Notes: generated by a model not told the origin, from the sequence alone. DNA of 64,000 bases from Candidatus Altarchaeum sp. (GCA_018260615.1 JAGWDQ010000053.1:1286-65285); one strand, 5' to 3'. Positions 10,033-19,970 are shown, counted from the first letter of the stretch. Program-made: numbers and translations.

Positions 10033-10953
10033 TTATCTATCCTTCATCCACTCATACACCTTTTTCATCCCTGTTTCTATGTCATCCGGCATGAAATTGA
10101 GCTCATTCTGTAATCGTTTTATGTCAAGATAAATTCTCTTAACCTCTCCGGGTCTTTCTTTTTCATAAATCGGAATTATTTTTTTGCTGAAAATTTTTTC
10201 CATAACACTTACAAGTTCATTTACAGATGTTTCTTTTCCTGTTCCGACATTATACTCATTATATTTTTTCAGTTTGTCAATAGCGGCAATATTTGCCTTT
10301 ACAACATCGTCTACACTAACATAATCTCTTGTTTGTGTTCCGTCACCAAAAATTACAGGAATTTTGTTTTGTGAAAGTCGTCCGAAAAATATTGCTATAA
10401 CTCCTGCCTCACCGAGCGGATCCTGCCTTCTTCCGTAAACATTGCCGTATCTCATTGCAGTATATTTCAGTCCGTAAATTTTACTGAATGTATGCAGATA
10501 ACATTCAACGGCAAATTTTGACGCACCGTAAGGCGATACCGGTTTTATATTTGTGTTTTCATCAGCCGGAAGAATTGTTGGTTCTCCATAAATAGCCCCT
10601 CCCGACGAAGAATAAATTATTTTTTTAACATTGCTGTTTATTGCCTGCTGTATTAAATTTATTGACCCCTTGATATTTATATCCATATCATAAACCGGAT
10701 TTTCAACCGACTTCCTGACATCAATTTGTGCAGCCAGATGAAATATAATTTCAACATCCTTTAAAATTTTTGTGTCAAAGTCCCTCAAATCACCTTTATA
10801 AAATTTAAATTTGCCGCTTTTTGTTGCATTGCTTAAATTTTCCATCCTTCCGGTTGTCAGATTATCCAGGACCTTTACACTATGTCCCTGCTTCAGCAAT
10901 TCATCAGCAAGATTGCTCCCTATAAAACCGGCACCGCCTGTAACGAGAATCAT
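10033..10953 (-). CDS. NAD-dependent sugar-nucleotide epimerase (GalE-like)
   Basis: VTGGAGFIGSNL Rossmann motif and SPYGASK catalytic motif. Confidence 0.85.
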   Translation of the reverse strand: MILVTGGAGFIGSNLADELLKQGHSVKVLDNLTTGRMENLSNATKSGKFKFYKGDLRDFDTKILKDVEIIFHLAAQIDVRKSVENPVYDMDINIKGSINLIQQAINSNVKKIIYSSSGGAIYGEPTILPADENTNIKPVSPYGASKFAVECYLHTFSKIYGLKYTAMRYGNVYGRRQDPLGEAGVIAIFFGRLSQNKIPVIFGDGTQTRDYVSVDDVVKANIAAIDKLKKYNEYNVGTGKETSVNELVSVMEKIFSKKIIPIYEKERPGEVKRIYLDIKRLQNELNFMPDDIETGMKKVYEWMKDR

Positions 10954-10967
10954 TTTAAAAAATTTTT

Positions 10968-11006
10968 ATCAAATTTATTTATCAAATTTATTTATCAAAT
11001 TTATAT
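10968..11006. repeat. 13-bp tandem repeat x3 (atcaaatttattt)
   Basis: read directly in the divergent epimerase/pyrI intergenic region. Confidence 0.85.
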
Positions 11007-11059
11007 ACAATTAATTTTAAAACAATTTTAATTTAATTCTAACTTTCAATAAATCAAAA

Positions 11060-11551
11060 ATGAATGCACCGGTTAACAAGGGGGAAAATAAAGTGGAACA
11101 CAAGGAGGAAAAAATAAGGAAGATTAAAAACGGCACCGTAATAGATCATATTGAAGGAGGAAAGGCGTTTTCTGTTTTAAAAATTTTAAACATTGATGAA
11201 AATTATGAGAGCATCGTTTCCGTGGTAATAAATGCAGAAAGTGAAACATACGGAAAGAAGGACATCGTAAAGATTGAAGGAAGGACATTGACAAAAGATG
11301 AAACAAATAAAATTTCCCTGCTGTCTGCCAGAGCAACGGTAAATGTCATCGCCGATTCAAAGGTTACTGAAAAATACAAAGTTGAAGTTCCTTATGAAAT
11401 AAATAACCTGCTTAAATGCCCGAATCCCGAATGCATAACAAACTCGGAATTAGAGAATATTGAAACAAAGATGTTCAGGTTCTCAAAGAAGCCGTTAAAA
11501 TTCAGGTGTCATTACTGCGAGAGGGTGTTTTCGGAGCTGGAATTTAAATGA
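11060..11551 (+). CDS. pyrI: aspartate carbamoyltransferase regulatory subunit
   Basis: IKNGTVIDHI motif and C-terminal Zn module CPNPECITN...CHYCE; no pyrB adjacent. Confidence 0.85.
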   Translation: MNAPVNKGENKVEHKEEKIRKIKNGTVIDHIEGGKAFSVLKILNIDENYESIVSVVINAESETYGKKDIVKIEGRTLTKDETNKISLLSARATVNVIADSKVTEKYKVEVPYEINNLLKCPNPECITNSELENIETKMFRFSKKPLKFRCHYCERVFSELEFK

Positions 11552-11573
11552 AATTCAGGTGGTGATAAACATG

Positions 11574-11870
11574 TAAGGTTGGATGTTAACATTTACATTT
11601 AAATTACAAGCATTTTTGAAAACCTGTAATTTTCAAAAATCTCCGAGTGTAAACGAGGTGATTTATCCCGGAATTTATTTTTAAGAACCTTACTTCTTAA
11701 TCACTACTGAAATTTAAACTATTTGAAAGGGTACAAAAATTACTGAAAATCTGCAAGATTTTCAATCTTTAAAAATCCACAGGATTTTTAAATTACCCGT
11801 GAAAATTTAAAAAACATAAAAATCAAAATTTACCTATAATTTTTTGGGTGAGTGGATAGTAGAGTTGTTG
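11574..11870. repeat. mosaic hairpin repeat cluster
   Basis: contains aaaatctccgagtgtaaacgaggtga, ttactgaaaatctgcaagattttcaatctttaaaaatc and aaaatcaaaatttacct modules shared with 5888-6136 and 15049-15532. Confidence 0.75.
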
Positions 11871-11968
11871 CAAATTAAAAATTTTAAAGTTGGAAATTAA
11901 TAAAATTTAAACGAATTCAAAGGTGGAAAAGTTATTTTGCAACATGTATGGTTAGTAATCGTATTCTA

Positions 11969-14854
11969 TTAACAGATTTCATCTAAAATAACGGGATATA
12001 TGTCCTCAATAATCTTGTTTAAGTCGTTTTCGTTAAAACCAGCGACTTTCAATATTGTTTTATCAAGTTTGAGTCTGTAGTCCTTTTTATCTCTGATTTG
12101 AACATGTATCGGATCAAACTCTAAATCCTCTAATTCATCTAAAAGTTCCATCAGTTCTTTTTTTTCACTGTCTTTTAATTTTTCACTGTCAATAATATCC
12201 ATAAGTACTAAATCCGATTGCGACACACCCATCCAGGAGCCGGTAGTTTCTTTCTTTATCTTAAGAAGTTGTATCCAATATAAGATGCTATTCATATACA
12301 AGCATAATATTTTAGCTTCTTCTTTACCAATGTATGGCAAAACCTCAAAAGAATGGGGAGCAATTATTTTTTCATCGCAACATATTGCTGTGACATATGT
12401 CTCATCAGAATTAAATCTAAATCTATTAGGTATTAATATGTGCGACTCTTTTTTATTTATTTCTTTATTAATGTTTTCCCAAGAAATATCTTTTCCTTTA
12501 TATTTGGATGAGTCAATAATCTCCTGAATGTCCTCGGGTTTTGCTCGTATCATGTAATCAATTTTATCTTTCACATATAAGTTTTTGATGCCGGTTATTG
12601 TTCTGACAGATTTTTTTAAATAAATTTTGTCAATGGAGTACTTTTCTCTTTTGTTTTTAATCTTAAAATCTACACTTTTATCTTTATCACCGTCTAACAC
12701 AAGATGTGCTCTTTTGACTCTACTTTCAGATAACGGATTATTGATAAATAAAATTTGAGAAATGCCCTTAGGTGATGCATGAAATCCCTCTAATATAATA
12801 TCTTTTTCTAATTTTTTTGTTTTATTGCTTAATTTTAACTTTTCTAATACATATTCTATCTTTTTCTTATTTGTAAGATTTTCGGTGAATATGAAAGACA
12901 TCAAATTTTCTTTGGCCATTAAAAGTTCACTCTGCATTACTTTAATTATACTGAAATCACCGGTCTCTTTTTCTTTTTCCCTAACGGTCTCAAGTTCCCT
13001 GACGATTGATTCTATATCCGGGCCGGTATATGTGTCAATTGGTTTGCGAAGTGAGACGATCTTTAACTCGTGATTTGATTCATGCCGTATTTTTTTAGCA
13101 ATTATCATGATGTCTGTAAAGTCAGAATCCTCACTAAACGATGTGTTCCTGTGGGGTTTGATTATATACTTAAAAGAATAATTTTCCAGATAATACTCTC
13201 TAATTTTTTTAGAATCTTCTCCACGCAAAAAGTTAATGGGGATTATTGCACCAATCATTCCCCCAATTTTTAAATTTTTATCAGACAATGCCATGAAATG
13301 TCCCCATACACCTACTCTTCGCCCGGATATCTTATACACCTGTGATTTAAGAAATTCCTCTCTAAGTTTTTCAGGAATATCTTGTATTCTTGTAAATGGA
13401 GGATTTATGACTATTGTGTCTACTTTATCAATTTTGAACATTTTTGCAGGATATTCTTTCTTTGTTGTTTCATCACCGGGAGATTTAAAATCAGATATTG
13501 TTTTTTGCTTTCTGTTAATATGCTCCATAACATTGGAAATATCTCCATATGCTTCTTTAACTTCTATAGGAAGATTAAATAATTCCAGCGAGTTTCTGTT
13601 AGATACTCTGACAAATTTGGTATCAGTGCTCAGGTTTTGAGCAGATAAGTTTAGTCCGGTTAAATGACAGGCAAATGGCATAATATCTGTTCCGGTTAAT
13701 TGTTCTTCTAAAAAATCTCTATGAATATCTTTTTTATCCTCCGATGTTAAAATATTTTTATTCGGGTGAACTTGCAACTTTCTGTTATAACTTTCAACAA
13801 GTAATGTTCCGGAACCACAAGCCATATCCCACACCTTTTCATCCCATGCTTTTATCGTCAGGTTTGTTAATAATTTAGCAGAAGCTGGTTTTGTATAATA
13901 CGATGCTAATACCTCGCGAGTTTCCGCCGGAAGACATTTCCCTATGAGTTTTCCGTAAATGTCCTGTTTCATTTCCTCAATTCCCAAAGGATACAAAACT
14001 GTAATTATGTTATTTATATGTTCTGTAATATCTCCGGTTATCGGAATTTTGGAAATTACATCAATATCAAAAATAGGTTCAAAATTGATTTCTTTTATCT
14101 GATTAAAATAATTATTAAGTTCAGACATCGTCCGGATTTTTTTTATTTCATCTACCTTCCCTGTTTTTTTTGAATATAAAAAATAAAATAGTATCTGGTT
14201 TACAAGAATATAAGAAATCAGATCAATTGCCTGATTTCTAAGTAATTTATCGCTTTTTGTTCTGCTTAATGACAGGAAAAGCCCCTGATCTTTGGTAAGA
14301 AAGTTTACCAGCTCTTTTATCAGTAATTCGTCCTTGTACTCTTTGTTAATTAATTTGGATAAGGACTTTATGCTGCTTTGTAAGACCCCGGATGCCGTCT
14401 CAATATTTTTTGCAGATAATAATTTCTTTTCTATTTTTCCTTTTAACTGAGTTATGGATTCTTTCACTGAAAGGTCCACAAGTTCATCCCATTCCTTTGT
14501 CAAAAATATACATTTACAGGTTCTCTCAATTGCTATTTTATTTATCTCTTCAATAGTGCCTTCTCTTTTTACATCATAAGGGTACACTATTACTATCATA
14601 TTTTTTGTCTCATATTTTAAAGAATACCCATACACCTGGACAATACCTCCTAATAAAGCAGGGCGCAGGTCTTCTTTTTGAGCAGATATTTTAACTTCAA
14701 GAATATATGAGTTGCCTTCATGTTCAAATAGTATGTCCAAATACCTATCTGTGTTTATCGGTTTTACTTCTGAAATTCCTGTAAAACCCAAATTCTCCAA
14801 TAACCTTAAAATAGGTGCATAAAATGAACGCTCTACCGGTCTTATTTTTGTCAT
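11969..14854 (-). CDS. type IIG (MmeI-like) restriction-modification enzyme: N-terminal PD-ExK nuclease + gamma-class N6-adenine MTase + C-terminal specificity region
   Basis: 961 aa; N-terminal DILFE...LEVKIS (D..ExK), motif I DMACGSGTLL, motif IV VINPPFTR. Confidence 0.7.
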   Translation of the reverse strand: MTKIRPVERSFYAPILRLLENLGFTGISEVKPINTDRYLDILFEHEGNSYILEVKISAQKEDLRPALLGGIVQVYGYSLKYETKNMIVIVYPYDVKREGTIEEINKIAIERTCKCIFLTKEWDELVDLSVKESITQLKGKIEKKLLSAKNIETASGVLQSSIKSLSKLINKEYKDELLIKELVNFLTKDQGLFLSLSRTKSDKLLRNQAIDLISYILVNQILFYFLYSKKTGKVDEIKKIRTMSELNNYFNQIKEINFEPIFDIDVISKIPITGDITEHINNIITVLYPLGIEEMKQDIYGKLIGKCLPAETREVLASYYTKPASAKLLTNLTIKAWDEKVWDMACGSGTLLVESYNRKLQVHPNKNILTSEDKKDIHRDFLEEQLTGTDIMPFACHLTGLNLSAQNLSTDTKFVRVSNRNSLELFNLPIEVKEAYGDISNVMEHINRKQKTISDFKSPGDETTKKEYPAKMFKIDKVDTIVINPPFTRIQDIPEKLREEFLKSQVYKISGRRVGVWGHFMALSDKNLKIGGMIGAIIPINFLRGEDSKKIREYYLENYSFKYIIKPHRNTSFSEDSDFTDIMIIAKKIRHESNHELKIVSLRKPIDTYTGPDIESIVRELETVREKEKETGDFSIIKVMQSELLMAKENLMSFIFTENLTNKKKIEYVLEKLKLSNKTKKLEKDIILEGFHASPKGISQILFINNPLSESRVKRAHLVLDGDKDKSVDFKIKNKREKYSIDKIYLKKSVRTITGIKNLYVKDKIDYMIRAKPEDIQEIIDSSKYKGKDISWENINKEINKKESHILIPNRFRFNSDETYVTAICCDEKIIAPHSFEVLPYIGKEEAKILCLYMNSILYWIQLLKIKKETTGSWMGVSQSDLVLMDIIDSEKLKDSEKKELMELLDELEDLEFDPIHVQIRDKKDYRLKLDKTILKVAGFNENDLNKIIEDIYPVILDEIC

Positions 14855-15048
14855 CTTTTTCTTTTTTATATGTAAATTTTTCTTTTTTAATGAGATGAAC
14901 TTGTGTTATAACTTTTTATTTAAACAATTATGAATAAGATAAAAGATTATTGTAACCTATTAGCACATACAAATAAATACATGAAACATAAAAAATAACA
15001 CACCGAAATTTTCCTTTTCAACATTTTATCCTGGTGGAATGATTTTTT

Positions 15049-15532
15049 ATCGTACAGGAAAGTTCGTTTTATTATCCTCACACCAAGACACAGTCACCTC
15101 GCTATTCACCTCGCTGTTGTTCGGAGATTTAAAAAAATCTGTTGATTTTTAAAATACTGAAAATCTGTAAGATTTTCAATCTTTAAAAATCTGTTGATTT
15201 TTAAATCACCTCATTTCATTCGGAGATTTTCAAAACTCTCACCTCGCTGTTGCTCGGAGATTTTCAAAACTTCGCGTTTTGAAAATGCGATTTGAAAATG
15301 CTCGGAGATTTTCAAATCTCTCACCTCGCTCCTGCTCGGAGATTTTCAAAACTTCGCGTTTTGAAAATGCGTTTTGAAAATAAGTTCGCTTCGCTCTCAT
15401 TTAAAAATGCTACAAGCATTTTTAAAGATTGAAAACTTATAGTTTTCAGTATATTTTCAAAATCTTTGCGATTTTGAAAAAGACACAAAGGAGTTATATT
15501 CTGTAACTTGGTGACTTTGTGGCTTTGTGTGA
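15049..15532. repeat. largest mosaic hairpin repeat cluster
   Basis: contains tcacctc-N-tcggagattttcaaaa (4 copies), attttcaaaac-ttcgc-gttttgaaaat hairpins, tactgaaaatctgtaagattttcaatcttt and its inverted copy, an ~84-bp internal duplication, and cacaaag modules that overlap the 3' end of CDS 15494..16384. Confidence 0.85.
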
Positions 15533-16384
15533 ATATTCTTCTGATTTTTTTAAAATTTTTTCAATAATCTTTTCCGACCTTGAACCATACTGCATCGCCT
15601 TCTTTTTTCTCTTAACAATAAATTCGGGAACGCCTATATTTTCGGCCAACTTCCTCAATATAAATTTTCTGATAAATTTCTTCCCTTCAACAATATCAAT
15701 TGTTTCGGCAAATTCATCAATATATTCATCACCTTCATCACCTTTCACCTCATAAATTTTAAATTCCATCGGAATGTTCATTGCATAGTCCGAAAAATTT
15801 TTCTCCATATAAGGAAATTTCAGACAAATTTTGTTAAATGCACACATTGCTATGTCCCTGTTCAGATTCTCTTTATAAGCGATGTTTATGTCATTTTTCA
15901 TCGCAATAAGCCGTTCATCTTCATTCATTCTTAAATATCTCGCATAGCCGCCAAAAATTTCATCTGCTCCCTGACCGGATAGCATAACTTTTATGCCGTC
16001 TTCGCCTGCCTTTTTTGAAGCAAAGTAAATCGGAACTGCCGTTGATAAATTTAATCTGGTTATTTCAATATTGTTGTCCTTTAAAATTTTGACTATGTTT
16101 TCAATTTCATTTTTGACATCGTTCTCTGTAATAAGGACAATTTTCGTATTCGTCAAATTTAGGGTCTTAAATTTCCGGGCAAAAATGACATCTTCGGATT
16201 CATAAGTTCCGACGGTATAAGCAGAGACACTGGAAAATTTATTCGCTAACATTGCAATGATCGTTGAATCAATTCCGGCGGAAAATACAACTCCTGTTTT
16301 CTTTTCATCGCCGCTCGCCTGCTTAACTGCATCGTCTAATAAATTTTTTAAATTTAAATGTCTTGGAGCATAATCGTTTTTCAT
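15494..16384 (-). CDS. asparagine synthase-like PP-loop ATPase (synthetase domain only)
   Basis: start moved to MKNDYAPR (ATG 16384) to avoid overlapping the divergent gene; PP-loop VVFSAGIDST; the last ~12 codons (SHKATKSPSYRI*) lie inside a dispersed repeat module. Confidence 0.6.
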   Translation of the reverse strand: MKNDYAPRHLNLKNLLDDAVKQASGDEKKTGVVFSAGIDSTIIAMLANKFSSVSAYTVGTYESEDVIFARKFKTLNLTNTKIVLITENDVKNEIENIVKILKDNNIEITRLNLSTAVPIYFASKKAGEDGIKVMLSGQGADEIFGGYARYLRMNEDERLIAMKNDINIAYKENLNRDIAMCAFNKICLKFPYMEKNFSDYAMNIPMEFKIYEVKGDEGDEYIDEFAETIDIVEGKKFIRKFILRKLAENIGVPEFIVKRKKKAMQYGSRSEKIIEKILKKSEEYSHKATKSPSYRI

Positions 16385-16445
16385 TTTAAATTTTTTGGCA
16401 TATAACAAATTTATTAACAAATTAATTAATTTATACTCTGCTAAA

Positions 16446-16865
16446 ATGTTTAAGAAAGTAGTTGCAGGAGGAACATTCAACAAAATCCACAAAGGACACG
16501 AAGATCTGATTAAGACAACTTTTAATATCGGCGAATATGTGTCCATCGGCTTAACTTCCGACAAATTTGCAAATTTATTCAGGGCTGAAAAGGTTCTGGA
16601 ATATAAAAAAAGAGAAAAAAACCTCAAAGAAAAAATTTCCGCTTTAAATTTACACGACAATTATGAAATTTTAAAGATTGATGATATGTATGGAATTGCG
16701 ACACTTAAAGAAGACCTGAATGCGATTGTCGTAAGTGAGGAAACACTTCCGAGAGCACAGGAAATAAATGCAATAAGATTTAAAAAAGGGCTGAAACGAT
16801 TAATAATGGTTGTGGTTCCGTTTGCATTTAAGAATAACAGGCCGCTTTCGGCAAGTCATTTATAA
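16446..16865 (+). CDS. archaeal-type phosphopantetheine adenylyltransferase-like cytidylyltransferase
   Basis: MFKKVVAGGTFNKIHKGHEDL (GxFxxxHxGH nucleotidyltransferase motif); ~140 aa; ATG at 16446 preferred over the upstream alternative start. Confidence 0.65.
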   Translation: MFKKVVAGGTFNKIHKGHEDLIKTTFNIGEYVSIGLTSDKFANLFRAEKVLEYKKREKNLKEKISALNLHDNYEILKIDDMYGIATLKEDLNAIVVSEETLPRAQEINAIRFKKGLKRLIMVVVPFAFKNNRPLSASHL

Positions 16866-16910
16866 AATATCAAAAATTTTTGTTGCCTGTATTTTGCCTG
16901 ATTTTGAAAT

Positions 16911-17837
16911 TTAGTTTTCTTGTTCAGTTATAATTTCGGGTTCCGGATAATCAAAGTCCGGTTTTTCCTCAAATAGTTTCTTTTGTTTGATTACCTCGTT
17001 GATTCTTGTCAGTGCAGTTTCGCAATATTTCTTAGATATGTCTATACCTATAAATCTTCTTTTCAATTTGAAGGCGACTAATGTTGTGGTTCCGGCGCCA
17101 TTAAACGGATCTAAAACTATATCTCCTTTGTAAGAAAATAATTTCAAAGCTCTTTTTGGTAGTTCTTCCGGAAACATTGCCGGATGCCCAAAGTCCTTCA
17201 TTTTCGTCTCAGGAGTAAATTTCCACTTTGCATAAACACATTCTTTAAATTCTTCACCGGTTATATCAATATGTTCTTTTTTACCTGTTTTTTTATGGGT
17301 TTCTTTATCAAAAATTTCTATAAACTCCCAGGTGTATTTTAAATAAGGCATTGACGGTGATTTCCAGCTTCCCCACGCCGTGTATTTTGCATTATAATTA
17401 TTTTTTTCCCATAATACTTCAGCTTTCCATAAAAAGCCCAAATCAAGTAATTGCTTTGAAATTATATGGTGTGTCGGTACATAATCAGAAAATAACGGCT
17501 GGACATTTACTATTATTCTTCCGCCGGGTTTTATTATCCTGTAACATTCTTTCCAGACAACAAATAATTTTTTAAAATATTCGTTCCATTCTTTTGTATC
17601 CTGTGTTGTATCGTTTGCATAACTATGACCAAAGTTATAGGGTGGTGAAGTTAATACTATATCTATAGAATTAGATGGAATCTTAGATAGTACCTTTTCA
17701 GCATCGCCTACTATGATTTTATTGTTCAACTTTTTAATATCCGGATTTTCAACTGAAAAAATATCTTTCTTTTCTTCTTTTGTACCTTTTCTTATCTTCT
17801 CTTTTATTCCTTTATCTTTTATTTTTTCGGGGCTCAT
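16911..17837 (-). CDS. beta-class N4-cytosine/N6-adenine DNA methyltransferase
   Basis: motif IV DIVLTSPPYNF precedes motif I LDPFNGAGTT (beta-class order); 4-nt overlap with the upstream REase fragment. Confidence 0.85.
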   Translation of the reverse strand: MSPEKIKDKGIKEKIRKGTKEEKKDIFSVENPDIKKLNNKIIVGDAEKVLSKIPSNSIDIVLTSPPYNFGHSYANDTTQDTKEWNEYFKKLFVVWKECYRIIKPGGRIIVNVQPLFSDYVPTHHIISKQLLDLGFLWKAEVLWEKNNYNAKYTAWGSWKSPSMPYLKYTWEFIEIFDKETHKKTGKKEHIDITGEEFKECVYAKWKFTPETKMKDFGHPAMFPEELPKRALKLFSYKGDIVLDPFNGAGTTTLVAFKLKRRFIGIDISKKYCETALTRINEVIKQKKLFEEKPDFDYPEPEIITEQEN

Positions 17838-18657
17838 AATATTTTACCTTCTTTAATAAGTTTTTGTTCTATATTTGACCAGTCCCTTTCTAAGTGATTT
17901 CTAACAAATTTGAAAAGATCTTTTACTACTTCAAAATCTATGGGTTTACTATTCTTACTCTTTCTTTTTTCTTTTCTCAAAACATAAATTTGGTTAATTC
18001 TTGAATAAGCAGGATCAACATCCAAACTCACATCATAACATTCTGTAATCACGAGAAATAAACAATAAGGATTGCCATTTTTTATTTTTTCGGCAGTAGC
18101 AATTGAACCCTCAAGCATTGTTTTATCAATGTATGTTTTGCATTCAATAGAAACAACAGGAACATTAATCAATTTTTGTTCTCCATCCGCTTTTATCAAA
18201 ATTGTCCGGTAAATGGCAAAGTCCTGGTCCTTTTCATTAATCTTCATATTCGGCGTTTTGATGAAGTCCACCAAATTCTCCGGTGCAAAATATAAATTAC
18301 TGTACGCCCTTGTGTCACCTAATTGTATTTTTTTAATCTCCTCGCTAAATAATATAAGAATTCTTCCGGGACAGTTGAATGAAATTTAGATTGTGCGGAA
18401 AAATCTACATTTTTAATCTCGTTTTTATAATCATTCAACCACTTGACTCTTTGATTTATCGCATCATCCGAATATTCGGTTAGGATTTCATTATTATTAT
18501 TCCATTCTTTATATTTTTCAATAACTTTTTGCAGTTGCTTTTTTTGAGTAGTAAACAAAATAGATGATATCTGCAATTTTGCAAGTATGTTTCTTCCATG
18601 AATATGAGATTTGTTTAAATTTTCTTTAAACCAAGCAATTTCTTTTTCCATAGTCAT
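17834..18657 (-). pseudogene. type II restriction endonuclease split into two ORFs (18319..18657 and 17834..18274) at an A7/T7 homopolymer
   Basis: upstream ORF ends ...FHSTVPEEFLYYLARRLKKYN*; the frame of the downstream ORF is open back through the T7 run at 18328-18334; adding one A would fuse them; downstream part has an ExK-like SIECK motif. Confidence 0.55.
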
Positions 18658-18675
18658 TTTACCCTTTTTAAATTT

Positions 18676-19584
18676 TTATATCATATTGATTTCCTTTAAG
18701 ACCTCCTTAATTTTTCCTTTTGACGCATCTGACACCTCAACCAACGGCAACCTTAAATTTCCCGCATTCATTCCGGATTTCCCGTTTTCCTTTAAGACAT
18801 TCATCGCATATTTTACCGGAGCAGGATTTGTTTCAATAAACATTGTTTTTGTTAAATTTAATAATTTATAATGTATTTCTCTTGCACATTCAAAATTTCC
18901 TGATAAACAACAATCCGTTAATGTTTTTACCTCCTTTGGCATTATGTTTGAAACAACTGAAATAACTCCTTTTCCACCCAATGCAATTATTGGCAAAGTC
19001 CATCCGTCATCTCCTGAAAGAAGGATAAAATTTTGAGCATTCCTTAATTTCAGTTTGTTTATTATTCCTGATATTTGATCCAAATCGTCCGATGCCTCTT
19101 TAACACCTATGATGCCGTTAATCCGGCTTAATCTTATGGTTGTATCTGGTTCTATATTAATTCCTGTTCTTGATTTAATATTATACGGAATTAAAGGAAT
19201 GTCAATTGTTTCGGCTATCTTTTTGTAATGCTGATAAATTCCTTCCTGTGTCGGCTTATTGTAATACGGAGTAATTAACAAACAGGCATCCGCTCCCGCA
19301 TCCTTTGCATGTTTTGTTAATTCAATTGCTTCTGCTGTATTATTTGAGCCGGTTCCAGCAATTATCTTAATTTTTCCATTTGATTCATCAACTACCGTAT
19401 CAATAACCTTTTCATGTTCCTCCATAGAAAGTGTTGCCGCCTCTCCTGTTGTACCGCATGGAACAACGCCGTCAATGCCATTATCAATCTGAAATTTTAT
19501 ATTTTCTCTTAATCCGTCATAATCAACCTCTAAATTTTTTTTGAATGGCGTTACAATTGCCGTATAGCATCCCGTAATATTCAT
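18676..19584 (-). CDS. dapA: 4-hydroxy-tetrahydrodipicolinate synthase
   Basis: PCGTTGEAATLS, YNIKSRTG and GVKEAS motifs. Confidence 0.9.
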   Translation of the reverse strand: MNITGCYTAIVTPFKKNLEVDYDGLRENIKFQIDNGIDGVVPCGTTGEAATLSMEEHEKVIDTVVDESNGKIKIIAGTGSNNTAEAIELTKHAKDAGADACLLITPYYNKPTQEGIYQHYKKIAETIDIPLIPYNIKSRTGINIEPDTTIRLSRINGIIGVKEASDDLDQISGIINKLKLRNAQNFILLSGDDGWTLPIIALGGKGVISVVSNIMPKEVKTLTDCCLSGNFECAREIHYKLLNLTKTMFIETNPAPVKYAMNVLKENGKSGMNAGNLRLPLVEVSDASKGKIKEVLKEINMI

Positions 19585-19744
19585 TTTAAATATTTTAAAA
19601 TTTAAATTTTAATTTTGTTAAAAATTATGATTTTTGTATAAAATTTAATTATTCTTGTAATGGGGTTGAGAATTATCTTGAATATTTTTATAAACAAAAT
19701 CTTAATTCCAATAACATAAAATTAAGAAAGATATTTATAAAATC

Positions 19745-19930
19745 ATGGACACAAAAATTAAGAGCCGTCCAAAGGAGGATTTACTGCTTTTGAAGAAAAT
19801 CGAAAGTTCAATGCTTCAGGATGATATTGCCACTTTGGAAGAAGTGAAAAAAGCGTGGAACGAAATCGAAAGGGGAAAATGTATGTCATCTTCTAAGAAG
19901 GAATTTCTTGCTGATCTTAAAAAATGGTAG
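19745..19930 (+). CDS. small hypothetical protein (61 aa)
   Basis: ORF only; its C-terminal half is duplicated in the next ORF. Confidence 0.35.
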   Translation: MDTKIKSRPKEDLLLLKKIESSMLQDDIATLEEVKKAWNEIERGKCMSSSKKEFLADLKKW

Positions 19931-19970
19931 AAATTTTTGACATTTCAAATTTATCAAAGAATTTAAAAAA

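Noticed and set aside
11060-11551. pyrI without an adjacent pyrB as a sign of rearrangement
   Set aside because: pyrB may simply lie elsewhere in the genome, and this cannot be judged from one window.
15049-15532. Possible CRISPR array in the repeat-dense intergenic clusters (also 32290-32650 and 48396-48729)
   Set aside because: The repeats have different lengths, occur in both orientations and lack constant repeat-spacer periodicity. No cas genes lie in the window. They fit mosaic REP/BIME-like elements better.
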